The position numbers and the translations under genes were made by a program. The notes below the pieces were generated by a model. It saw only the letters and a program-made list of their open reading frames with translations. It was not told where the DNA came from and did not search any database. A stretch of DNA of 64,000 nucleotides, taken from the NCBI RefSeq assembly GCF_006345805.1, contig NC_043022.1:21390001-21454000 (forward strand), read 5' to 3'. Each line of letters begins with the position of its first letter. The first letter of the stretch is position 1. Source of the stretch: Octopus sinensis (Eukaryota). This document shows, one piece after another, positions 1 to 10,721 of the stretch.

Positions 1-401
1 CCGAGACGTTAGCACGCCAGGCGACATGCGTAGCCGTATTTCGTCTGCCGTTACGTTCTGATTTCAAATTCCGCCGAGGTAGACTTTGCCTTTCATCTTT
101 CGGGGTCGATTAAATAAGTACCAGTTACGCACTGGGGTCGATGCAATCGACTTAATCCGTTTGTCTGTCCTTGTTTGTCCCCTCTGTGTTTAGCCCCTTG
201 TGGGTAGTAAAGAAATAGGTATTTCGCCTGTTGTTACGTTCTGAGTTCAAATTCCACCGAGGTCAACTTTGCCTTTCATCCTTTCGGGGTCGATTAAATA
301 AGTACCAGTTACACACTGGAGTCGATGCAATCGACTTAATCTGTTTGTCTGTCCTTGTTTGTCCCCTCTGTGTTTAGCCCCTTGTGGGTAGTAAAGAAAT
401 A
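1..401 (+). mobile_element. tRNA-derived SINE 'family B', head-to-tail dimer of a ~184-bp unit
   Basis: B-box-like gagttcaaattcc and central gtcgactttgcctttcatcctttcggggtcgat; the unit restarts at ~219 after tail gtaaagaaata. Confidence 0.8.
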
Positions 402-597
402 TATATTAAGCCAGAAGGATGAAAAGTAGAAACTGAACTCTGCAGAACATTTGAATTGAGACCATGAAAGGGCCACAACAAATAGCACAAGGAAACAACT
501 ATCTGATGGTTCTACCAATCCAAAATATTAATAATTCTGAAGAGAGAGATTAACCAATGCCATCAAACCTAGAGCTTCACAGGAATTTTATTTATAA

Positions 598-638
598 ACT
601 AGCACTATGACCCAGCAATGCCGGGTCATAGTGCTAGT
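598..638. repeat. Perfect 16-bp inverted repeat (hairpin)
   Basis: actagcactatgaccc (598-613) pairs with gggtcatagtgctagt (623-638). Confidence 0.9.
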
Positions 639-659
639 GCATGCATATACAGCTGCGTG

Positions 660-995
660 CGCACATACACACGAGTACTGTCCAAATTAGCTTTATTGAG
701 AAAATTCTATAGTTTTTAAGATATTTGTTGTTTTTTTTCTTCAATTTCTGCAATCTCAACCAATCACTGACGTTTATTGAGGTAAAAAAAAACATTCTGT
801 GCCGTATGAATATGTCCCTCGTTTAAGAAACAGATTGGGTTTATTTACATTTCTGAAGAAAAAAAGATACCCTTCCCCCCACTCCTAACCCTAAAACAGA
901 TTGAAATGCAATAGTTCGATACTAGGGTCATAATTATGGGTGACAATTTCATATGACACTGCTAGAAAAAACTGCCGTTCAAACTGAAAAGATCT
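660..995. mobile_element. Non-autonomous DNA element fragment related to the MITE at 2294
   Basis: Shares gggtttatttacatttctgaagaaaaaa...cctaaccct with 2342-2415 and ends in a similar aaagatc terminus. Confidence 0.5.
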
Positions 996-1463
996 CAGTT
1001 CTGATATAATTTGTGATGAAAGTGACTTCACTCATGCTGTTGCAAAATGAACAGCGGTTATCTCACTTGCAACAGTTTTAACAAGATACAGCAATCAGAA
1101 ACTCCAATGGCATTTTTATTGGGACTGGAGGCAGTAGTAAATAGTTCTCTTATATTTTATTATGCCTAAAGGCACAATAAGCAGATGAAGAAATATTTGT
1201 TTGAAACGAAGATATATTTTTCCAAAATATGTTGACAACTTTCATGCAACACTTTTGAAATGTCAGCAAAAATTTCAGTGCCAGTTAATCACGAAAGGAA
1301 TTTGGTCATAAATTTTACTTTGGTTGCTAAAATGAAGCATATAAGTTTCACTTTCCTTGCTAATTTTAGCCATGTCCTTTGTGCTTTCCTTTAATTGCGA
1401 TTCCCTATAACTGCATTTGACATAATGGTGCACAATAGCATTTGCATGTTTCCAATTACATTA

Positions 1464-1864
1464 CTCTTTACTCTTTATTCTTTTACTTGTTTCAGTCATT
1501 TGACTGCGGCCATGCTGGAGCACTGCCTTTAGTCGAGCAAACCGACCCCGGGACTTATTCTTTGTAAGCCCAGTACTTATTCTATCGGTCTCTTTTGCCG
1601 AACCGCTAAGTTACAGGGACGTAAACACACCTGCATCGGTTGTCAAGCGATGTTGGGGGGACAAACACAGACACACAAACACACACACACATACATATAT
1701 ACGACGGGCTTCTTTCAGTTTCCGTCTACCAAATCCACTCACAAGGCTTTGGTCGGCCGGGGCTATAGCAGAAGACACTTGCCCAAGATGCCACGTAGTG
1801 GGACTGAACCCGGAACCATGTGGTTGGTTAGCAAGCTACTTACCACACAGCTACTCCTGCGCCT
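1464..1864 (-). mobile_element. tRNA-derived SINE 'family A' (CORE-like ccttgggcaagtg after the tRNA head), full length
   Basis: Reverse complement of the ~400-bp consensus seen over 20 times in the window; internal TA/TG microsatellite and gtaaaaga tail. Confidence 0.85.
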
Positions 1865-2293
1865 TTACATTGTGTAACTAAAGTTTTTTTATTTTTAGTT
1901 CTTACTTTGGTCAGTAAGTATCATTTCTTATTTGATTCTATCTAGAAATCAAAAGAAATGACTTCTGTTTCCTTTAAAATTTGCTTTTGTGACCTGGACA
2001 TCAATGTTTTGAAACTGGACTATTTTCCATTACATTTTAGACAGATTCGGTGCTGAATTGCTGCAGCAGAAATATCATTATAGCAAATATTCTGCCCAAT
2101 ACCACAAATTCACTTTATCAGTTACTTGACCTTAACCACTTCCAATCAGAAACCCAATCTGAATGTTTGCAACAGAATTAATTGCACTAATAGTACTCAA
2201 GGTGCCAAGCAGTGGTGATACACAAGATGAAATCCCTCACCCATGGAAGTCATGACAAGATTTGAACTCAGAGTGCAAAAACAGAACAAATAT

Positions 2294-2535
2294 GGGCAAT
2301 CTTTTGGTACAAGTACCATAACTGCCAATTATAAATTCATGTGGGTTTATTTACATTTCTGAAGAAAAAAGAAACCCTTTTCCCCCACCCCTAACCATAA
2401 CCATAACCCTAACCCCACATATATAAAAAAAACTTTAGGGAGAGTGACGATCTTCTTCTTCAAATGTAAACAAACAGACTTCAAATGTAAACAACCAGAC
2501 ATAGCAGTTATGGTACTTGTACCGAAAGATCACCC
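2294..2535. mobile_element. MITE with ~32-bp terminal inverted repeats
   Basis: gggcaatcttttggtacaagtaccataactgc vs gcagttatggtacttgtaccgaaagatcaccc (3 mismatches); aaatat on both flanks. Confidence 0.8.
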
Positions 2536-3207
2536 AAATATGACAAAACAGCTGATTTGACATTATTACAGTATCACCAATCCATAGCTTTGGATTGGTT
2601 CATTTTTGTTGACTCCCCAAGAGGTGGAAAAACAAATTTGCAGGGCAGAGGGCTGGTTGTTCAAATTGCTAGCAATAACTGCCAAATATACCTCAAATCA
2701 CACCAGCAAAGGGAAAGACATGTTAATGTAGTTTGGAATACAGTGAGTTTAAGGAGGAAAAAAATCAAAATGTGATTGAATTTTTACAGCCTGCTTTTGA
2801 TCAGAGATCTTCTCAGTCAGAGGTGACCTGGAGTTAAACAACAACTTCTGTAAAGCAATGAGTTCAAATAAATTACTTCATAAAAAGAAAAACAAAAAAA
2901 ACAACCCTTTCACTAGTAATCATTTCCATGCTAATTTACCAAATTTATTCATTAAAAACTTCATTAGACTATTTTATTTTCCTTTTATTTGATTGAGTGC
3001 AAAGGGGTGAATAATTTGTTTCATTAATTTTTTTTCTCTTTTTTTTTCTATAGAAACATGTGTGACATTTTTTTTAATTTTCTTTTTTTCATCTAACAAC
3101 TCTTTTGACATTCCAAATGGTTTTCTCATTAAAGAAAAATAATAAAATGGTGGTAATAAATATCTTCAATAGGTGAAATAACGAAGATTTTTATTATTAG
3201 AGCTTTT

Positions 3208-3416
3208 GAGGCAATGAGCTGGTAGAACCATTAGCATGCCAGACAAAATGCTTGGTAGCATTTCATCTATCTTTACGTTCCAAGTTCAAATTCTGCTGAG
3301 GCCAACTTTGCCTTTCGTTCTTTAAAATAAGTACTGGTGAAGTACTGGGGTTAATGTGCTCAACTCCTCCCCACCATCTCCTCAAAAACTAGTGGTCTTG
3401 GGCCAAAATTCAAAAT
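3208..3416 (+). mobile_element. SINE family B, diverged, with ccttgtgccaaaatttgaaacc-type tail
   Basis: Degenerate family B head and core running into (ATT)n. Confidence 0.65.
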
Positions 3417-3557
3417 CATTATTATTATTTTATTATTATTATTATAATTATTATTATTATTATATCATTATCATTATTATCATTATTATTATTATTATTA
3501 TCATATTATTATTATTATTATTATTATTACTATTATTATTATTATTATTATTATTAC
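3417..3557. repeat. (TAA)n/(ATT)n microsatellite
   Basis: Direct reading; abuts the 3' end of the Dong-like LINE. Confidence 0.95.
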
Positions 3558-3559
3558 TT

Positions 3560-6385
3560 TTTTTTTTCTTCTTTCAAATTTGCTTCCATTTCTTGCCGAG
3601 TGTCTTCCCGACTCCTAGGGCAAAGAAACTCATAGTATACATTGGTAGGCCATTAAACCAAACTCAATAGTTCGTTCATTTCTTTTTTTTTTTTTTTTTT
3701 AAAGTTAAATTAAAATACATGAGCAGCAACAGTTCTCACATCGACAATGCTCTTCTCAATACGTGTGATGTACCAGTTAAGACAATCTTTTGCACTTCTT
3801 GCAGGGATGGTAAGCCAGGGATCATTCTTATATAATTTTCGGTTCCCTTCTTGATCATTCCTAGTGCTCCTATGATCACTGGTATTGTAACCGCCTTGAG
3901 ATGCCACATTTTCTCAATTTCAATGAGTAGGTCTTTATATTTTCTGAGCTTGTCAAACTCTTTCGCTGAGATATTATGATCACAGGGGATGCTCATGTCG
4001 ATCAATAAGCAAACTTTATTGTTTTGGTCTTTCACAACAATATCTGGTTTATTGGCCTTGATGGTTCGGTCTGTATGTACTGGAAAGTCCCACAGAATGG
4101 TTACATTTTCTCCTTCAGTTACAGCCTCAGGGTGGTGATTATACCACTTGTCGGCAGTTTTGATATTGTAATGCCGACTTATTAGCCAGTGTAGATATTG
4201 GCCAACTCTGTCATGTCTTAATTTATACTCCACTGGAGCTAAGACTTTACATCCAGAGATTAGGTGGTCCACTGTTCAATCATGTCGTTGCAGAATCGGC
4301 ATTTTGGGTCTGCTCCATTTTTCATCACATTGGCCTGGTAGTTCCGGGTTAATAGGCTTTGATCTTGAGCAGCCAGGATGAAACCTTCGCTCTCTGCTTT
4401 TAGCCCTGAGCTCCGTAGCCACTGATGGGTTTGCTTCTGGTCAACATCAGCTTGTTTGCTGCGGGTCACATATTTGCCGTGCAGAGGTTTCTCCTCCCAC
4501 CTATCAGCCAATTGCTCGTGCGCTTTTTTCGTTGCCATTATTTTCACCTTCTTTGCAACAATAATTGCCGTACTTCCCTCGGGTTGTTCTGTTTGGGTAT
4601 CCTGCACGAGATCAATAGCAAATTTTTGCTTTCCTTTATAATAGAATGAAGCTTCTTTCGTCTCTCATGATTTTCCACGAGCTTTAGCATCCAGTCATTC
4701 GATATTTCGAGATATTTGGCCAGTCCAATTGTGGTTGTTTTGTAAGCTAGTTCAAATTGGATCAGGCCTCGACCTCCTTGGGCTCTGGGAAGGTAAAGGC
4801 GATCTACGTCTGCCTTTGGGTGGTGCATCCTATTACAACTCAGCAGCTTGCGTATTTTTCTATCTATATTCTTTACTTCACTCATATTCCAGTTCAACAC
4901 ATTGTAGCTATAAGTAACAACTGGAACTGCTAAGGAATTATAGCTAACACCTTGTTACGTGCATTTAGTTCAGATTTCAGGACTGCACGAACTCTCCTAT
5001 AACATTCCTTCCTGATCTTCTCTTTCATGCTTGCATGCTGAATACCAGAGCCTTCATTTATCCCTAAATATTTGTATGTTTGTTCTTGCTCAAGCTCTCT
5101 TATGACTGTGTCAACATCTAACACGACTGAATTTGTGGTCTTCACTTTCCCTTTCTGGAAAGTGGCCTTGGCACACTTCTCAAGTCCAAACTCCATCCCG
5201 ATGTCATCGCTGAATGCTTTCACAGTGCACAATAGGCCTTCAAGTTCATTATTGTCTTTACCATAAAGTTTTAAGTCATCCATATAAAATAGATGGCTTA
5301 TTTTTTTATTGGCAATTTTATACCCATACCCTGTTCTGTTTAATTCACTTGTAAGGGGTATTAGGGCCATGCAGAATATTAAAGGTGAAAGTGAGTCACC
5401 TTGAAAAATTCCACAGTTGATGTTTATATTTTCTGAGGCAAGTACTTCCATTAGAGTGGTATAATTGGAGATTCGTATTCCACAACGACATATTGTGCTT
5501 CAGGAAGTTTGAAATCACAGGGGAAATTTTGAAGATGTCCAGCGATCTCAAGATCCATGGATGCGGTATACTGTCGAAGGCCTTTTTATAGTCAATCCAT
5601 GCGGTGCTGAGATTTCTGCGCTTGTTATGACAGTTCTCAAGGATCATACGATTGATTAGCAGTTGATCTTTGCATCCGTAAGAACCTCGGCGGCACCCTT
5701 TTTGTTCAATGGGGAAAATATCGTTCTTCTCCATGAATGCATATGTTTTCTCCGCCAAGATAGATGTTAGGATTTTATACGTGGTGGATAGACAGGTTAT
5801 AGGCCGATAGTTTTTTGGAAGGTTGGTTTCGTTATTCTTTGGGAGTAGGTAAGTAATGCCACTTGCTAACCATTCAGGTGTTTTCTTTGGGTCTCTCATA
5901 ATTCCATTGAGCAGCTGAACTAGCTTACCGTGTGCGCATGGGAGCGATGTAAGCCAGAAATTCGGCACCCTATCTTTACCGGGAGATTTCCAATTATGGG
6001 CCTTCGTGAGTGCCTTTCTTAGGTCTGTTATTGTGATGTCTTCCCATGCTTGTTGTTGTAAATTTTGGTAGGATCCTTCAGTTTGTATAATCCAGTCTGC
6101 ATTTATGTTGTACGTCTTCTTGTCACTCCAAATACTTTTCCAAAAGTTTTGAACTTCTTCCATGGGAGGGGGGTCTTTAACGGTTACTTTCTCCTTCCCT
6201 ATTTCTCTGTAGAATTTTTTGGCATTGGATGTGAACAGCTTATTTTGCTTGTAAAACTTGTTTCTCTTCTCAAATCTTCGTATTCTTTGGGCTTTTGCTT
6301 GGACTTTTTGCTTCAGCATTTCTTTTATTGATATCAGTTCTTCTCTTGGTGAGGATCCAAATTTTCTCTTCATCTTTCTTCCTAT
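3560..6385 (-). mobile_element. R4/Dong-clade non-LTR retrotransposon (RT + CCHC + restriction-like endonuclease), 5'-truncated
   Basis: RT, zinc knuckle and RLE motifs in order; short 3' UTR with A-rich tail; (TAA)n on both sides on the element's sense strand. Confidence 0.85.
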
Positions 6386-6391
6386 TATCAT
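3736..6391 (-). pseudogene. Frameshifted ORF of the R4/Dong-like element, split over five ORF-track fragments
   Basis: NYRPITCL, EQKGCRRG, AWIDYKKAFDSIPH, GIFQGDSLSP, YMDD, YKYLG; CRFC...HLISGC knuckle; KPDIVV...LLIDMSIP...KLRKY RLE; about 4 frameshifts (near 5450, 4920, 4600, 4270). Confidence 0.9.
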
Positions 6392-6408
6392 TATTATTAT
6401 TATTATTA

Positions 6409-6449
<41 letters not shown>

Positions 6450-6476
6450 ACTATTATTATTATTACTATTATTATT

Positions 6477-7030
6477 GAGTGAGAGAGCAGTTCATGCCAT
6501 CAAAGTGACACTGGGGTAAAATATACGAAGCCCAATATACCCATCATGACTACCCGTCTGATTAAGGTACACCAGGCACATGCATCACAACCATATGTGC
6601 GTGACATGGTGACCTCATATCAAGATAAACAGCACATGACCTTGCAGGTGGGGCCCAGTTAGAATTTTCTTCAGGTTGAGTAGCCCATCCTGCTCAAAAG
6701 GTCCCTGATTAAGGGTTGTTTAGGGATGTTGAAAGAACCACCCATGTTTCCAGAGGTGAATTATTCAAACCCCAAAGAATCCCTCTCAACACATGGCTAT
6801 GATGCTCCCCCACTACTTCTGCTCGTGATCAGAGATGCACATATCGTCAGCCACTAAGAGACATGCTCAACTGGTTAAGGTCAAACAACTGACAAGCAAA
6901 TCTGTGGTATTGAGCAGAATATTTGCTGTAGCCCATCTCTCATACCAAGACAAAACAATGTACATGATAACACTTCCAATCAGTTAAGATCAGAAGCCAT
7001 GAGAGCCACTGCCTGGTACTGCATCAGGGC
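6477..7030 (-). mobile_element. Unclassified ~550-bp repeat 'family D', copy 1
   Basis: Near-identical to 7055-7607 and to 20075-20624 (opposite strand); (AAT)n on both sides. Confidence 0.85.
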
Positions 7031-7054
7031 ATTATTATTATTATTATTATTATT

Positions 7055-7607
7055 GAGTGAGAGAGCAGTTCATGCCATCAAAGTGACACTGGGGTAAAAT
7101 ATACGAAGCCCAATATACCCATCATGACTACCCGTCTGATAAAGGTACACCAGGCACATGCATCACAACCATATGTGCGCGACATGGTGATCTCATATCA
7201 AGATAAACAGCACATGACCTTGCAGGTGGGGCCCAGTTAGAATTTTCTTCAGGTGAGTAGCCCATCCTGCTCAAACGGTCCTTGAATAAGGGTTGCTTTA
7301 GGATGTTGAACGAAACACCTATGTTTCCAGAGGTGAACCATTCAAACTCCAAAGAATCCCTCTCAACACATGGCCATGATGCTCCCCCACTACTTCTGCT
7401 CGTGATCAGAGATGCACATATCGTCAGCCACTAAGGGACATGCTCAACTGGTTAAGGTCAAACAACTGACAAGCAAATCTGTGGTATTGAGCAGAATATT
7501 TGCTGTAGCCCATCTTTTATACCAAGACAAAACAATGTACATGATAACACTTCCAATCAGTTAAGATCAGAAGCCATGAGAGCCACTGCCTGGTACTGCA
7601 TCAGGGC
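7055..7607 (-). mobile_element. Family D, copy 2 (tandem, separated by (ATT)n)
   Basis: Same termini as copy 1. Confidence 0.85.
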
Positions 7608-7652
<45 letters not shown>

Positions 7653-7677
7653 CATTATTATTATTATTATTATTATT

Positions 7678-8019
7678 AGTCAAGACGAAGAGCACAATTC
7701 GAAAGTAGGATATTTTATTAGTTGAATGATATTTCAACAGTACGTCTGTCTTTGTGAAGTTCAAAATAAGAAGTGATAAAAATTCAAAATTACAGAAATT
7801 TAAACATAAAGTATGAACGGGAGCAACCAGTGTCCACATGTTGATGGAATGACATCGTGTGGACGCTGGTTGTGCTCATTCATACTTTACGTTTAAATTT
7901 CTGTAATTTTGAATTTTTATCACTTCTTATTTTGAACTTGGACAAAGACAGACGTACTGTTGAAATATCATTCAACTAATAAAATATCTTACAATCGAAT
8001 CGTGCTCTTCGTCTTGACT
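7678..8019. repeat. ~340-bp foldback (long inverted repeat), probable MITE
   Basis: agtcaagacgaagagcac... pairs with ...gtgctcttcgtcttgact; arms ~160 bp around a ~19-nt loop. Confidence 0.9.
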
Positions 8020-8074
8020 GTTTACCTTTGTGATGAGTTATGTCAATCCTTTTTAAAATATTATTATTATTATT

Positions 8075-8245
8075 GAAAGGATGAAAGGCAAATTCCGCCG
8101 AGGTCGACTTTGCCTTTCATCCTTTCGGGGTTGATAAAAAAAGTACCAGTTACGCACTGGGGTCGATGTAATCGACTTAATCCCTTTGTCTGTCCTTGTT
8201 TGTCCCCTCTATTTTTAGCCTTTTGTGGGCAGTAAAGAAATAAAT
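8075..8245 (+). mobile_element. SINE family B, 3' part
   Basis: aggtcgactttgcctttcatcctttcgggg...cagtaaagaaata. Confidence 0.75.
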
Positions 8246-8269
8246 TATCATTATAATTATTATTATTAT

Positions 8270-8715
8270 TTAAGACGTCGTATAGTATCCAATATTGTGA
8301 TGTTGTTGGTTGAAGATATTGTATCTACTGGGGGTTTGAACTGTCTGTCAAGTCACAACAAGGACCTCAGACTTTACATAATGTGTGCAGTTCCAAGTAA
8401 TGCCAATTTTTGCAATACACCTAGATTGTCGGGTATTTCTAAAGTTTCCAAATGTTTCTTCAGGTTGGGTAATATTGAATCCAATGTTCTGTTGACAACA
8501 GGGACAACCTTTATGCTTGACTCTTGTAGCTGCCACATCTTGGCAATCTCAATTCTCAGGTCTCCATATTTATCAATCTTCCCTCTTTCTTTCAGAATAA
8601 TACGTTGATCTCCTGGCACTGCCACATCGGTTATCAGGCATGCCTGTTTCTCTCTCGCAATTTTGTGGCAAGCCAGCAGAATTGTTAGCATACTGGGCGA
8701 AATGCTTAGTGGTAT
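8270..8715 (-). mobile_element. Second R4/Dong-like element, 3' fragment (RLE domain + 3' UTR)
   Basis: CLITDVAVPGDQRIILKERGKIDKYGDLRIEIAKMW...KLALLGTAHIM; 3' end runs into (TAA)n at ~8246-8269. Confidence 0.8.
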
Positions 8716-8872
8716 TTCATCTACTGTTATGTTCTGAGTTCCAATTCCGACAAGGTCAACTTTGCCTTTCATCCTTTTGGGGTTGATAAAATAAGTACCA
8801 GTTGAACACTGAGGACAATGTAATTGACTTATCCCTCCCCCAAAAATGTTGCCTTTGTGGGAAAATTGGAAC

Positions 8873-8905
<33 letters not shown>

Positions 8906-8907
8906 AC

Positions 8908-8943
<36 letters not shown>

Positions 8944-9010
8944 AATGATGATGATGATTATTATTATTATTATTATTATTATTATTGTTATTATTATTAT
9001 ATTATTATTA

Positions 9011-9062
<52 letters not shown>
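8873..9062. repeat. Compound (ATT)n-(GAT)n-(ATT)n microsatellite
   Basis: Direct reading. Confidence 0.95.
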
Positions 9063-9063
<1 letters not shown>

Positions 9064-9611
9064 ACATAACACACAGATCCACAGACACCTGTGCTGGATC
9101 CAGCAACCAGCGTGCCAGCCGGGTCTAGTAACAGGATCTTGATCCTACAATTGTCAAATTTATTTATTTGTCATACAGCTGGAGACTGATTGATCTGGGA
9201 TCAACTTCCATTGACACAGGACCCTCTCTCTCTCCCTTTCGGAGAGGCACTGAGCACCTACACGCACACATACACACACGGCAGTAACTTCCACCTACCG
9301 AATTCAATCACAAAGCTTCGGTCGGCTCGGGGCTATAGTGGAAGACATATGCCCAAAGTGCCACGCAGTGGGACTGAACCCGAAACCATGTAGCTAGGAA
9401 GCAAGCTCCCTAACCACACACTTCTTTAATATTTGCTGCTATCAACAAGAATTTCACTTTCAGCTTTTTTTTTTTTTCTGGGATTGCATCCTCATGAATG
9501 TTATGCGCACAGTTGCAACCACTTGCAGCTGCATTTCACCTCAGGAAATTTATTAATCTTTTTAGATTTTAAATCAAAATCTCATAACACCAAAATTTCA
9601 CACGTCAGTAC

Positions 9612-9663
<52 letters not shown>

Positions 9664-9721
9664 AGCATAGTAGGCATGTGCATGTGTGCACACATACACA
9701 AACAGTTGGTTAATATTTACA

Positions 9722-10128
9722 GGCACCAGCATGGCTGTGTGGTAAGAAGCTTGCTTGCCAACCACATGCATCCAGGTTCAGTCCCAGTCTGTGGTACTTT
9801 GGGCAAATGTCTTCTTCTATAGCCTCAGGCTGACCAAAGCCACACAAGTGGATTTCATAGATGGAAACTAAAAGAAGCCTGTCATGTGTGGTGTGTGTGT
9901 GTGTGTGTGTGTGTCTTTGTTTGTTCCCCACCATTGCTTGACAACCAATGTAGGTGTATTTACATCTCCATAATTTAGTGGTTCAGCAAATCAGAGCAAA
10001 GAATAAATATCAACCTAAAAAAAAAACAAAAAAAAAGTCATGGGATCGATTCATTTGACTGAAATTCTTCAAGGCGGTGCCCCAGTATGGCCATAGTCAA
10101 ATGACTGAAACAAGTAAAAGATAAAACA
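9722..10128 (+). mobile_element. SINE family A, diverged
   Basis: tggctgtgtggtaagaagcttgc head through aatgactgaaacaagtaaaaga tail. Confidence 0.8.
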
Positions 10129-10416
10129 AGACCATGAGTTGTACAAAATGCTTAGCAACACTTCATCCATCCTTATGTTCTGAGTTCAAATTCTGCTTAG
10201 ATCAATTTTGCCCTTTATCTTTTTGGGGCCAATAAAGTAAATAGCAGTTGAGCACTGGTGTTGATATTATTGATTTAGCCCACCCTGAAACTTGCTGACT
10301 TTGTGCCAAAATTTAAAACCAATATTGATATGATGTATAATAAATTCTCAACATCATTTGAATAACACCATCTGTTTGTGCATGTGTGTCTATGTACAGA
10401 TACACACACACACCAC

Positions 10417-10454
<38 letters not shown>

Positions 10455-10652
10455 TATATGGTCCGGCACTAGTCGCCATGATAGATCGTTAGCCACTACA
10501 CACATTTTTTTCTCTCCTTGCATTTTGTGTGTCCCTTTCTGTAGAAGAGCGTAGGCTCGAAACGTAAAAGACTTTTTCTATTCATGAGCGTTATACTAAT
10601 ACATCTGTTTGTTTTGTACACCACCTGCCTTCGTCTTTTGTTTTTTTCGTAA
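10455..10652 (+). mobile_element. Penelope-like pLTR-type fragment inserted in (TA)n
   Basis: Homologous to 39177-39352 and 45678-45880 (opposite strand); carries a minimal hammerhead-like motif. Confidence 0.6.
10535..10570 (+). ncRNA. Minimal hammerhead-like motif with variant core CUGUAGA
   Basis: cttt-CTGTAGA-a-gagc-gtag-gctc-GAAA-cgt-A-aaag; palindromic stem III acgt. Confidence 0.5.
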
Positions 10653-10721
10653 ACTCTCCCTATATATATATACACACATGTACATACAGATATATACATA
10701 TATGAGTATGTATATGTGTAT

